Source: Candidatus Levyibacteriota bacterium (GTDB lineage Bacteria > Pseudomonadota > Gammaproteobacteria > Burkholderiales > Casimicrobiaceae). From it: DNA of 47,740 bases. The notes under the pieces are model-generated. The model worked only from the letters and a program-made list of their open reading frames with translations, did no database searches and was not told where the DNA came from. Shown in pieces: positions 31,892 through 43,645 of this stretch. How positions within the stretch are numbered: the stretch's first letter is position 1; every line of letters begins with the position of its first letter. The stretch lies in contig JBLMVY010000122.1 in the NCBI GenBank assembly GCA_050256935.1, forward strand, positions 1 to 47,740, written 5' to 3'. The position numbers and the translations under genes are program-made.

Positions 31892-32715
31892 TCACGAAGC
31901 TTGCACGCCATGTACTCGCCATCGTCCTGGCGGCCTTCGCAGGTGCGGCCTTTGCCGAGAACCCCTACATCGTCGTCGCTTCGACGACCTCGACGCAGCA
32001 GTCGGGGCTGTTCCCCAGGCTGCTGCCCGCGTTCGAGAACGACACGGGCATCAGCGTGCGCGTCGTCGCCGTGGGCACCGGCCAGGCGCTGGACATCGGG
32101 CGTCGCGGGGATTGCGACGTCGTGTTCGTGCACGACCGGGTCGCCGAACTCAGGTTCCTCGCCGAAGGGCATGGCGTGAAACGCTACCCGGTGATGTACA
32201 ACGACTTCGTCCTGGTCGGCCCACGGGCGGATCCCGCACGCGTCGCCGGGGGCAAGGACATCGCCGTCGCGCTGCGAGCCATTTCGGCGGCGCAGGCGCC
32301 GTTCCTCTCGCGCGCCGACAAGAGCGGCACCTACGAGGCCGAGTTGCGGCTGTGGAAAGACGCGGGCGTCGACCTCGCGGCGGTCAAGGGACCCTGGTAC
32401 CGGGAGACCGGCTCCGGCATGGGTCCGGCGCTCAACACGGCGTCGGCGATGGACGCCTACATCCTGGCCGATCGCGGCACGTGGCTCAACTTCCGCAATC
32501 GCGGCAACCTCGGGATCGCCGTCGAGGGCGACAAGCGCCTGTTCAACCAGTACGGGGTGATGCTGGTCAATCCCGCCAAGCACCCGGCGGTCAAGCAGGA
32601 TCTCGGGCAGAAATTCATCGACTGGCTGGTATCGCCGCGCGGACAGGCGGTGATCGCCGACTACAAGATCGACGGCGAAGCGCTGTTCTTCCCCAACGCC
32701 GGCACGGATTCCTGA
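31888..32715 (+). CDS. tupA: Tungstate ABC transporter substrate-binding protein
   Basis: Signal peptide, ASTTSTQQSGL, VAVGTGQAL..GRRGD.D, VMYNDFVLVGP, SRADKSGT, GSGMG..LN, DRGTW. Confidence 0.9.
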   Translation: MITKLARHVLAIVLAAFAGAAFAENPYIVVASTTSTQQSGLFPRLLPAFENDTGISVRVVAVGTGQALDIGRRGDCDVVFVHDRVAELRFLAEGHGVKRYPVMYNDFVLVGPRADPARVAGGKDIAVALRAISAAQAPFLSRADKSGTYEAELRLWKDAGVDLAAVKGPWYRETGSGMGPALNTASAMDAYILADRGTWLNFRNRGNLGIAVEGDKRLFNQYGVMLVNPAKHPAVKQDLGQKFIDWLVSPRGQAVIADYKIDGEALFFPNAGTDS

Positions 32716-32779
32716 GCCGACGTCGCGGCCGATTCGCGCCGCCGCGTCCCCGTCGCAGACGAGCGGTTATGCTGTCCGG

Positions 32780-33829
32780 ATGTCGACGCATCCGGACAGC
32801 CGCCGCGTACCGGCCGGCGGTGACGCGGAACGCTTCCGCCGGAGCGCGATCGCCGTCTTCGCCGGCGTGGCCGTGCTGGTCGCGCTGGCGGTCGTCGCGG
32901 CGTCATCGGGACGCTATCCGCTGTCGTTGACGCAGATCGTCGAGGGTCTGCTCCACGGCTTTGCGCGCGACCGCGCCGGTGCGACCGCCGAGTCGGTGCT
33001 GTGGCAGATCCGGCTGCCGCGGATCGCGCTGGCGTGCCTGGTGGGCGCCGGGCTCTCCGCCGCGGGGGCCGCGTTCCAGCACCTGTTCCGCAATCCCCTG
33101 GTCGCGCCCGACACCCTCGGCGTGTCCTCCGGCGCGGCACTGGGCGCCGTCGCCGCGATCTATGCCGGCGCGGGGACCGGGCTCGCGGCCGTCGCAGCGT
33201 TCGGCGGCGGACTCGCGACCGTCGCCGTCGTCGTCGCGCTGGCGGCGAGGATCGGGACCCGGGATCCGGTGCTGACCCTGGTCCTGATCGGCGTGGTGAT
33301 GGGCAGCGTGATGGGCGCAGCGGTGTCGCTGCTCAAGTTCGTCGCCGATCCCTACAACCAGCTGCCGGCGATCACCTTCTGGCTGATGGGCAGTCTCGCC
33401 GCCGCGACCTGGAGCCAGGTGGCGGCAGCCGGAATCGCCATCGCACTGGCGCTGGCGCTGCTGGGCGCGCTGTCCTGGCGCATCGACCTGCTGGCGCTGC
33501 CCGAGGACGAGGCGCACGCCCTGGGCGTGCACGCGCCGCGCCTGCGCGCAGTCGTCGTCGCGGCGGCGACCATCGCCACGGCCGCGGGTGTGGCCGTCTG
33601 CGGGATCATCGGCTGGGTCGGCCTGGTCGTCCCGCACATGGCGAGGATGGTGGCGGGTCCCGCGTTCTCGCGACTGCTGCCGCTTGCCGCGCTGTTCGGG
33701 GCGATCTTCATGCTCGCCATCGACACCCTGGCGCGGACGGCGACGGCCGCCGAGCTGCCGCCGGGCATCCTCACGGCGTTCGTCGGCACGCCGCTGTTCA
33801 TCGTGCTGCTCGCGCGCAGGATGTCCTGA
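32780..33829 (+). CDS. FecCD/BtuC family (type II) ABC permease, MolB-like
   Basis: IRLPRI, FRNPLVAPDTLGVSSGAA, ADPYNQLPAITFWLMGS, GIIGWVGLVVPH.AR, ELPPGILTA.VG.P.F. Confidence 0.85.
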   Translation: MSTHPDSRRVPAGGDAERFRRSAIAVFAGVAVLVALAVVAASSGRYPLSLTQIVEGLLHGFARDRAGATAESVLWQIRLPRIALACLVGAGLSAAGAAFQHLFRNPLVAPDTLGVSSGAALGAVAAIYAGAGTGLAAVAAFGGGLATVAVVVALAARIGTRDPVLTLVLIGVVMGSVMGAAVSLLKFVADPYNQLPAITFWLMGSLAAATWSQVAAAGIAIALALALLGALSWRIDLLALPEDEAHALGVHAPRLRAVVVAAATIATAAGVAVCGIIGWVGLVVPHMARMVAGPAFSRLLPLAALFGAIFMLAIDTLARTATAAELPPGILTAFVGTPLFIVLLARRMS

Positions 33830-34611
33830 TGCTCGCGGCGCGCGATCTCGCCTTCGGATTCCCGTCGCGGCGCGTCGGGGAGGCGGTGTCCTTCGTCCTC
33901 GAGCGCGGCGAGACGCTGGCGCTCCTGGGCGGTAACGGCGCAGGCAAGACGACGCTGCTGCGCACCCTGATGGGGCTCCTGCCGCCGCTCGCGGGTCGGG
34001 TCGAGCTCGACGGCGCGGTGGTGTCGGCGATGCCGCCGGCTGCGCGCGCGGCGCGCATCGCCTACGTTCCGCAGCAGCACCTGCCCGCCTACGGCTTCTG
34101 CGTCGCCGATCTGGTGGTGATGGGACGGGCGTCGCGCCTGCCGCTGTTCGCGCGACCCGGCCGCGCCGACCGCGAGCTCGCGCAGGAAGCGCTGGAAGCG
34201 CTGGGCATCGCGCCGCTCGCGCGAAGGCCGGTCACCGAGCTCTCGGGCGGCGAACGGCAGCTGGTGCTGATCGCGCGGGCGCTGGCGCAGCAGGCCGACA
34301 TCGTGATCCTGGACGAGCCCACGGCGAGCCTGGACTTCGGCCATCGCGTCCGCGTGCTGCGCGAGCTCGACCGCCTGCGCGGGCAGGGATTCACGATCGT
34401 GTTCTCGACCCACGAGCCCGATCACGCGCTGATGCACGCCGACCGGGCGCTGCTGCTGCACGGCGGGCGGCCGCTGGCGCTCGACACCGTCGCCAGGGCG
34501 CTGACGGTCGACAACATCGAGCGCCTCTACCAGACGCGGGTGCAGGTGCTCGACGCGGGCGGGCGGCGGGTCTGCGTGCCTGCCGACCAGGCGGGCCCCG
34601 TCAGGCGTTGA
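33829..34611 (+). CDS. FecE/MolC-like ABC ATP-binding protein
   Basis: GGNGAGKTT, IAYVPQ, LSGGERQLVLIARAL.Q, LDEPTASLDFG, FSTHEP; ATG overlaps the permease stop. Confidence 0.87.
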   Translation: MLAARDLAFGFPSRRVGEAVSFVLERGETLALLGGNGAGKTTLLRTLMGLLPPLAGRVELDGAVVSAMPPAARAARIAYVPQQHLPAYGFCVADLVVMGRASRLPLFARPGRADRELAQEALEALGIAPLARRPVTELSGGERQLVLIARALAQQADIVILDEPTASLDFGHRVRVLRELDRLRGQGFTIVFSTHEPDHALMHADRALLLHGGRPLALDTVARALTVDNIERLYQTRVQVLDAGGRRVCVPADQAGPVRR

Positions 34612-35530
34612 ACACCACGCGGCCGGTGTTGGCGACGTTGTAGCCGCCCAGGGCGGTCGCCTGGGTCGCGAACTCCGGGCTGCGCGTCCAGGCGAGCAGG
34701 GTCTGCAGCGGCGGCTCGAAAGCGTCGCGACGCGAGGCGATGAGGTCGATCCGCTCGATTGCGGCCGGGATGAACGTGAGGCCGCTGGCGCGCGCGGCGG
34801 CCTCGATTCCGAAACCCACGTCGGCGTGGCCGTCGCGGATCATCGCGGCGAGCTCGGTCTCGGCGTGGGCCGGTCGCGCAAGCCAGTCGAGTTCGCCCGC
34901 GCGCACGCCCGACTGGGCGAGCAGGTGCGAGAACAGCTGGTGGCTCCCCGCCCCGGGCTGGCGCGCGGCGACCCGCAGGCGCTTCCTGCCGAGATCGGCG
35001 ATCTTGCGGACGCGGTGGGGGTTGCCCTCGCGCAGCAGCAGGCCCTGGGTGCGCCGCGCCCACTCGATGACGACGACATCGGCGCCGGACAGCAGCTCGC
35101 GCACCAGCGGGACGTTGTATTCGCCGGTCGCGGGGTCGAGCCAGTGCGCGGCTGCCGCCGTCGCCTCGCCACGGGCCAGCGCCTCGACGCCGGCGCGGCT
35201 GCCGATCGCGAGCATCGCCAGGCCGCAGCGCGACTCGCGTACCGACCATTCGAGCAGGGGGTCGTGGCTGCCGGCAATGATCGGCGGGCGCAATGCCGGG
35301 CGCGAAGGGGCCTCGCCCTTGGCGGCGAGCCACTCGTCGATGCGGGCGCGGGGGAACAGCAGCTTGCCCGTCGCGCGCACGTGGGGAATCGCGCGGCGCC
35401 CGACGAGGTCGTAGATCCGCCGCTCCTTGAGGCGCAGATAGGCCGCGACCTCGCGCGTGTCCATCATTTCGCTGGCCGGAGCGCCTTGCGGGGTGGCGGT
35501 CCGCGCGCCGCGTGTGCGTGCCTTGGCCAT
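34601..35530 (-). CDS. Transcriptional regulator: excisionase-type HTH fused to a PBP-like (molybdate/tungstate-binding superfamily) domain
   Basis: MDTREVAAYLRLKERRIYDLV...IPH.RATGKLLFP (HTH_17-like), then GSHDPLL, GS..G..AL, EYN.P, RQPGAGS, ADVGFG. Confidence 0.85.
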   Translation of the reverse strand: MAKARTRGARTATPQGAPASEMMDTREVAAYLRLKERRIYDLVGRRAIPHVRATGKLLFPRARIDEWLAAKGEAPSRPALRPPIIAGSHDPLLEWSVRESRCGLAMLAIGSRAGVEALARGEATAAAAHWLDPATGEYNVPLVRELLSGADVVVIEWARRTQGLLLREGNPHRVRKIADLGRKRLRVAARQPGAGSHQLFSHLLAQSGVRAGELDWLARPAHAETELAAMIRDGHADVGFGIEAAARASGLTFIPAAIERIDLIASRRDAFEPPLQTLLAWTRSPEFATQATALGGYNVANTGRVVFNA

Positions 35531-35666
35531 GCGCCAATTCTCGCACGAAGATCCGCTGCCGCTGTCCTCGAAGCGGCGCCCGGTGCGGGCCTTCGCCGGC
35601 GGCGGGTGCTGCAGCCCCGGGGCGGGCACGCGGGCCCGCCCCCGGAGTCGCGCCGGAGCGGGTGCG

Positions 35667-36215
35667 TCAGTAGTTGTCCGGCAGCGACGGAATCGCGCGC
35701 AGGTATTCGTAGATCGCGCGCAGGTCGTGGTCGGTCTTCTTGCCGAACGCCGGCCAGGGCATGACCTGCAGCAACTGGCCGGCAGGCGCGTCGGGATCGT
35801 GGCCGGTGCGCAGCAGCGTCCGGAACTCGTCGAACGTGAGCCCGGCGGGCCGGCCCTGAGCGTCGGGGGTGAGGTTGAGGGACACGACGAAGGGACCGAA
35901 GTGCTGGCCGCCGGCGAGGAACACCGCCGTATTGACCTGCTCGGGCTCGCCCAGGAAGGGATTGCCGCCCGGGGCGTAGCTCGGACTGGTATGGCAGTCG
36001 TTGCAGCCGCCGCTGTTGACGATGTAGCTGCCGAGTCCCACCAGCGCGCGGTTCTTGCCCGCGAGGTTCAGGGTCACCGGGTTGATCTGGTAGCCGCGCT
36101 GGATCTGGCTCTGACTGTCGTCGTCGGCTGAACTCGCCAGCGGAAACGCTGCGAGCGCGATGGCGGCGGCCACGGCCAGTGCCGCCGGCTTGACGGCGAT
36201 GCGGTGCTTCGTCAT
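35667..36215 (-). CDS. Periplasmic mono-heme cytochrome c
   Basis: Signal peptide, CNDCH, FLAGG, NLTPD, MPWP, DLRAIYEYL; resembles one module of dehydrogenase cytochrome c subunits; GGAGG RBS. Confidence 0.82.
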   Translation of the reverse strand: MTKHRIAVKPAALAVAAAIALAAFPLASSADDDSQSQIQRGYQINPVTLNLAGKNRALVGLGSYIVNSGGCNDCHTSPSYAPGGNPFLGEPEQVNTAVFLAGGQHFGPFVVSLNLTPDAQGRPAGLTFDEFRTLLRTGHDPDAPAGQLLQVMPWPAFGKKTDHDLRAIYEYLRAIPSLPDNY

Positions 36216-36340
36216 GGATTCCTCCGGAGTGGGTCGATCGTGGTCCGCGTGGATGCGGGCGCCCGGCGAGCCTGTGCCCGATCGGGGCGCCCGGCAAGGG
36301 GAATATTCGCGAATTTCCGGCGTCCGCGCCGGGATCGAGC

Positions 36341-36406
36341 CGCATGGGCCGCAACGCATGGACCGCGACGCGCGGACTGCAACGCGCGGACCGCAACGCG
36401 CGGACC
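36341..36406. repeat. 14-nt tandem repeat, about 4.7 copies
   Basis: cgcatgggccgcaa / cgcatggaccgcga / cgcgcggactgcaa / cgcgcggaccgcaa / cgcgcggacc. Confidence 0.85.
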
Positions 36407-36411
36407 CAGCC

Positions 36412-36672
36412 TCAGTGCACGCTGGAGATGATCAGGCGGACGATGACGAGCAGGGTCGCGACGAACAGCATGCCGATCACGATGCCGACGATGATCACCT
36501 GATGCGGCTTGATGGTCACCATGTCGCGCCGCATCGCATTGCCCTTGCGTACACCCAGGAAGCTCCAGAAGACGGCGCCGATGACCTGCAGCAGCGTTGC
36601 ATCGGGTCTCAAAGCGCCCGGCGATTCGGCCTCGGGGCGTTCGGACGAAGGCGGAGGATTGACGTCGGGCAT
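36412..36672 (-). CDS. DUF2970 family small membrane protein
   Basis: AVFWSFLGVRKG..MRRD...IKP.QVIIVGIV. Confidence 0.8.
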   Translation of the reverse strand: MPDVNPPPSSERPEAESPGALRPDATLLQVIGAVFWSFLGVRKGNAMRRDMVTIKPHQVIIVGIVIGMLFVATLLVIVRLIISSVH

Positions 36673-36905
36673 GGCGACGGGGCGGGAGATGGGGCCGGGG
36701 CGGGGGCCGGGGCGGGAGATGGCACGGCGGTGCGCGCACCCCACCCGGCTGACCCGCCGATGTTAGCACCACGCGCGGCGCCCCGACGTAGGCGACGCCG
36801 TATCATCGTGGCGGCGCTGCGCCTGCGCGCAGCCGAATGGCCGGTTCCGGGCGCACGGGTCGTGCGGGGACGCCGCACTGATGACACGATTGCAAGGAGA
36901 CTGGG

Positions 36906-37511
36906 ATGAACGCAGACAGGGACGAGCGCCTGGCGATCCGCGAGCTGGTCGAGAACTGGGCGATCTGGCGCGATGCCGGCGACTGGGAGCGCTTTCGCGG
37001 CGTGTGGCACGACGATGGCCGCATGATGGCGACCTGGTTCCAGGGCAGTGCCGACGAGTTCATCCGCGTCTCGCGCGAGGGCTGGGACAAGGGCGTGAGC
37101 ATCCTGCACTTCCTGGGCGGCAGCTCGATCGACGTCGCCGGCGATCGCGCGATCGCGCAGACCAAGATGACCATCTCCCAGCGCGCGACCGTCGACGGCG
37201 TGCTGTGCGACGTCGTCTGCACCGGCAGGTTCTACGATTTCATCGAGCGACGCGCCGGACGCTGGGGCGTCGTGCTGCGCCAGCCGATCTACGAAAAGGA
37301 CCGCCTCGATCCGGTCGATCCCGCGGCGACGCTGACGCTCGATCGCGAGCTTCTCGAGGGCTTTCCCGAAGGCTATCGCCACCTCGCGTATCTGCAGACC
37401 CGCATCGGCTACAAGGTCAAGCGCGACATGCCCGGCCTGAAGGGACCGGGGGTGCAGGCGCTCTATGCGCGCGGCAGCGCATGGCTGGCCGGCGGTCCGC
37501 ACGGCGGCTGA
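36906..37511 (+). CDS. SnoaL-like (NTF2 fold) protein
   Basis: RLAIRELVENWA.WRDAGDW, ILHFLGG, CTGRFYD, RQPIYEKDRLDP; AAGGAG RBS. Confidence 0.8.
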   Translation: MNADRDERLAIRELVENWAIWRDAGDWERFRGVWHDDGRMMATWFQGSADEFIRVSREGWDKGVSILHFLGGSSIDVAGDRAIAQTKMTISQRATVDGVLCDVVCTGRFYDFIERRAGRWGVVLRQPIYEKDRLDPVDPAATLTLDRELLEGFPEGYRHLAYLQTRIGYKVKRDMPGLKGPGVQALYARGSAWLAGGPHGG

Positions 37512-37752
37512 CCGGCCGAGCATGCCCGCGGGACGCCGCGGCGCAGCGTGCTCTCGTCAGGGGAGCTCGGTCGGCTGTACCATGGGGCCCGTGCCGCGCG
37601 CCTGGTGCGCGACGACCTCTTCCGGGACAGGACGCTGCAGGATTCCTGGCGCAGCCTGGACCGGTTCCACGGAATGGGCGCGACGCCTCGACCGGGTTCG
37701 CCCCGCAGGTTCGACAACCGGCTCCGCCGAGGAGCTCCAAGGAGACCAACGA

Positions 37753-38922
37753 ATGCATCGCTTCAAGATCCTCGCCGCAGCGGCGCTCGCGCTCGGCATC
37801 TCGACGGGGGCGCTCGCCGCCGAGCCCCTGAAGATCGGACTGCTGGTGCCGGTGACCGGCCCCTTCGCCGACTATGGCAAGCAGATCGAGCGCGGCGTCC
37901 GGCTCTACCTCTCCCAGAACGGTGACACCGTCGCCGGCCGCAAGGTCGAGCTGGTGCTCCGCGACGATGCGCCCGGCACCTCGGGTGAGGTCAGCAAGCG
38001 CATCGCCCAGGAAATGATCGTCAAGGACAAGGTCGACATCCTCGCCGGCTTCGGCCTGACGCCCGAGGCCCTCGCGGTTGCGCCCCTGGTCACGCAGGCG
38101 AAGATCCCCGCGGTCATCATGAACGCGGCCACGTCGATCATCACGGCCCGCTCGCCGTACTTCGTCCGGACCTCGCACACCCTGCCGCAGGACACCGCGC
38201 CGATGGCGACCTGGGCGCTGCACAACGGCATCAAGAAGGTGTACACGCTGGTCGCCGACTACGGCCCGGGGCAGGACGCCGAAGCGCAGTTCAAGAAGAC
38301 CTTCACCGCCGGCGGCGGCGAGATCGTCGGCGACGTGCGCGTCCCGGTGACCAACGTCGACTTCGCCCCGTACCTGCAGAAGATCAAGGATGTGAAGCCC
38401 GACGCCGTGTTCCTGTTCGTGCCTCCCGGCGCCGGGACGATCGCGTTCATGAAGGACTTCGCCAACCGTGGTCTCGCGCAGGCGGGCATCAAGATCATCG
38501 CGACCGGCGACCTGACCGACGAGAACGTGCTCGACGCCTACGGCGATTCCGCGCTGGGCGTCATCACCGCGTTCCATTATTCGGAGGACCACAACTCGCC
38601 CGAGAACAAGGCCTATGTCGCCGCGTTCGAGAAGGCCAATCCGAAGAACCGGCCGAATTTCATGTCGGTCGCCGGCTACGACGGCATGCACCTGATCGCC
38701 GCCGTGCTCGCCAAGACCGGCGGCAGCACCGACGCCGAGAAGTTCGTCGACGCGGCCAAGGGCATGAGCTGGATGAGCCCGCGCGGCAGGATCGCGATCG
38801 ACCCGGCCACCCGCGACATCGTCCAGACCGTCTACATCCGCAAGGTCGAGAAGGTCGGCGGCAAGCTGCAGAACGTCGAGTTCGACAAGTTCCCGGACGT
38901 CAAGGACCCGGGCAAGCAGTAG
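37753..38922 (+). CDS. ABC substrate-binding protein, branched-chain amino acid (Peripla_BP_6) family, probably aromatic-acid binding
   Basis: Signal peptide, KIGLLVP.TGPFA..G, RDDA, DYGPG.DAE, GYDGM, SPRG...IDP.TRDIVQ; AAGGAG RBS. Confidence 0.85.
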   Translation: MHRFKILAAAALALGISTGALAAEPLKIGLLVPVTGPFADYGKQIERGVRLYLSQNGDTVAGRKVELVLRDDAPGTSGEVSKRIAQEMIVKDKVDILAGFGLTPEALAVAPLVTQAKIPAVIMNAATSIITARSPYFVRTSHTLPQDTAPMATWALHNGIKKVYTLVADYGPGQDAEAQFKKTFTAGGGEIVGDVRVPVTNVDFAPYLQKIKDVKPDAVFLFVPPGAGTIAFMKDFANRGLAQAGIKIIATGDLTDENVLDAYGDSALGVITAFHYSEDHNSPENKAYVAAFEKANPKNRPNFMSVAGYDGMHLIAAVLAKTGGSTDAEKFVDAAKGMSWMSPRGRIAIDPATRDIVQTVYIRKVEKVGGKLQNVEFDKFPDVKDPGKQ

Positions 38923-39050
38923 CCATCGCCCGCGGTGCGCGCGGCAGCCCCGCGCGCACCCGGCATGCAGCGGGCTCGCAGCCGACGCGCCATCGCTGGC
39001 CGCAATCCGCAATCCGCGTTCAACCCCGACTGCCGACCGGCCCGTACCGC

Positions 39051-40097
39051 ATGAGCAGCGCACTCGGAACCGTCGCAGACCTTCCCGCCGACTACTACGA
39101 CGGTCTCGTCGCCCGCAACCTGCTGCCGCTGTGGCCGTCGCTGCGCTCGGTGCTTCCCTACGGCAATCCTGCGCGCAAGACCCGCCCGACGCTGTGGCGC
39201 TATGCCGACGTCCGCCCGAACCTGCTGCGTGCGGGCGAGCTCGCGCCGATCGAGAAGGCCGAGCGTCGCGTGCTGGTGCTGTGCAACCCGGGGCTCGGCC
39301 TCGAGAACATGCAGGCCACGCCGTCGATCTACATCGGGCTGCAGCTGATCCTGCCGGGCGAGACCGCCCCCAACCATCGCCACACGCCGATGGCGGTGCG
39401 CTTCGTCATCGAGGGCAAGGGCGGATACACGGTCGTCCAGGGCGAGAAGCTGCCGATGGAGAAGGGCGACCTGATCCTGACCCCGCCCAGGCTCTGGCAC
39501 CAGCACGGCCACGAGGGCACCGAGCCGGTCATCTGGCTCGATGCGCTCGACCTGCCGCTGATCTACGCCCTCGAGGCCTCGTATGCGATCGAGGGCGACT
39601 TCCAGACGGTCACCGATCCGCGCAACGCGTCGACGACGCGATTCCGCCAGGGCGGGATCGTGCCCTACGCATCGCTGTCGGCGCGGCGCGACGATTATCC
39701 GCTGCTGCGCTTCCCCTGGCGCGAGGTCCGGCAGACGCTGACCGGTCTCGCCGACGTGACGCCCGGGGATGCCCCGGTGCACGTGGCCTACGTGAATCCC
39801 GAGACCGGGCGCGAGTGCATGGCGACCCTCGGATTCTCCGCGCTGATGCTGCGTCCCGGCGAGGAGCTGCGCCTCACGCGCCGCTCGGCGTCGTCGGTGT
39901 TCCACGTCGTAGAAGGGTCCGGGACCGCGACCGTCGACGGCCAGGCGATGGCCTTCGGCGAGTCCGACACTTTCGCCGCACCCACCCATGCCGAGATCCG
40001 TCTGGCCAACGCATCGGGCAGGACGCCGGCGTTCGTGTTCGTCGTCGACGACGCCCCGCTGCACCGCAAGCTCGGCTTCTACGAGGAATTCGGCTGA
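39051..40097 (+). CDS. nagI: Gentisate 1,2-dioxygenase-like bicupin (NagI type)
   Basis: [54 protein letters not shown]; pattern recalled from NagI-type enzymes. Confidence 0.82.
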   Translation: MSSALGTVADLPADYYDGLVARNLLPLWPSLRSVLPYGNPARKTRPTLWRYADVRPNLLRAGELAPIEKAERRVLVLCNPGLGLENMQATPSIYIGLQLILPGETAPNHRHTPMAVRFVIEGKGGYTVVQGEKLPMEKGDLILTPPRLWHQHGHEGTEPVIWLDALDLPLIYALEASYAIEGDFQTVTDPRNASTTRFRQGGIVPYASLSARRDDYPLLRFPWREVRQTLTGLADVTPGDAPVHVAYVNPETGRECMATLGFSALMLRPGEELRLTRRSASSVFHVVEGSGTATVDGQAMAFGESDTFAAPTHAEIRLANASGRTPAFVFVVDDAPLHRKLGFYEEFG

Positions 40098-40154
40098 GCG
40101 GGCGACGGCCGCCTACCTGTGCGGTCTGCCTCCGATTCCGGCCTGGCGACGGCC

Positions 40155-40853
40155 TCAACCGCCGTCGCGGAAACCGATCGCGGCGTGCGTGCCGTCGCAG
40201 AACGGCTTGTTCCGCGACCCGCCGCAGCGGCAAAGCGTCATGCGGTTGCGGACTTCGTACCTGAATCCGTCGGCGCCGACGAGCTGCACGCCGCCGCGCA
40301 GCCACAGCGGTCCCGCACAGTCCTTGGCAGGGTCCTCGATCACGCCGATCGACGGCGCGTATTCGTTCTCGATCGGCTTGCCGGTCGCATTGTCCCAGGC
40401 GACCAGCCGTCCCGATGGGCAATCGCAGGTCTGGCGGATGAACGCCTCGCGCGCCGCAGACGCGCCGGTCTCGTTGACCAGGCTCCACACCGAACCGTTG
40501 GGATCGCAAAAGCGCCCGAAGGCGCACAGCGCCTCGGCATCGGTCAGGGACATCGCCGGGCCGCGCATCAGCTTCGCCTGGTCGGCATAGGGCTCGCGAC
40601 TGGCGGTCTCGGTGCCGTCGAAGCCGATGCGCTTGTGGGTGCCGTCGCAAAATGGCTTGTTCGCGCTGTGCCCGCAGCGGCACAGCGAATACCGAGTCGG
40701 GTGGGGATAGTCGCGAGCGTGGATCCATCGGACCGACTCGCCCCGGGCATCGGTGCCGATCACCTGTCTTGCGATGGGCAGGTTGCCTGTCACCAGGTAG
40801 GGACCGTTCTTCGCGACGGTCACGCTCGCCGCAGTCGCGTCTCTGTCGTCCAT
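40155..40853 (-). CDS. CDGSH iron-sulfur protein (two CDGSH domains flanking a divergent 4Fe-4S-like domain)
   Basis: [24 protein letters not shown]...[23 protein letters not shown]; GGAGGAGG RBS. Confidence 0.88.
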   Translation of the reverse strand: MDDRDATAASVTVAKNGPYLVTGNLPIARQVIGTDARGESVRWIHARDYPHPTRYSLCRCGHSANKPFCDGTHKRIGFDGTETASREPYADQAKLMRGPAMSLTDAEALCAFGRFCDPNGSVWSLVNETGASAAREAFIRQTCDCPSGRLVAWDNATGKPIENEYAPSIGVIEDPAKDCAGPLWLRGGVQLVGADGFRYEVRNRMTLCRCGGSRNKPFCDGTHAAIGFRDGG

Positions 40854-40932
40854 CGGGATCCTCCTCCGGTAGGGGAGGCGGGCTGGAAACGGTGGCCGCC
40901 CGGCCCGCCGCGCGGGCAGAACGGCCGAAAGC

Positions 40933-40960
40933 CTTGAAATGGCCGCCATCCGCCTCATTT
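40933..40960 (+). promoter_or_regulatory. Sigma32 (RpoH) heat-shock promoter of clpB
   Basis: CTTGAAA-N13-CCTCATTT versus consensus CTTGAAA-N13/14-CCCCATnT. Confidence 0.75.
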
Positions 40961-40999
40961 TTGCGGTGTTCCCCGCCCAGACTACACAAAAACCCGACC

Positions 41000-43588
<2,589 letters not shown>

Positions 43589-43645
43589 GCTCGCGTAAGT
43601 GATCTGCCGGGCGGTCCCCGGGGCGATGCCCGGGGACTGCCCGAT

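Noticed and set aside
34601-35530. Excisionase-like HTH suggesting a prophage or integrative element
   Set aside because: It is fused to a PBP-like ligand domain beside tup genes, and there is no integrase, att site or phage gene in the window.
36341-36406. Repeat array as a mini-CRISPR
   Set aside because: Units are 14 nt and contiguous with no spacers, and there are no cas genes.
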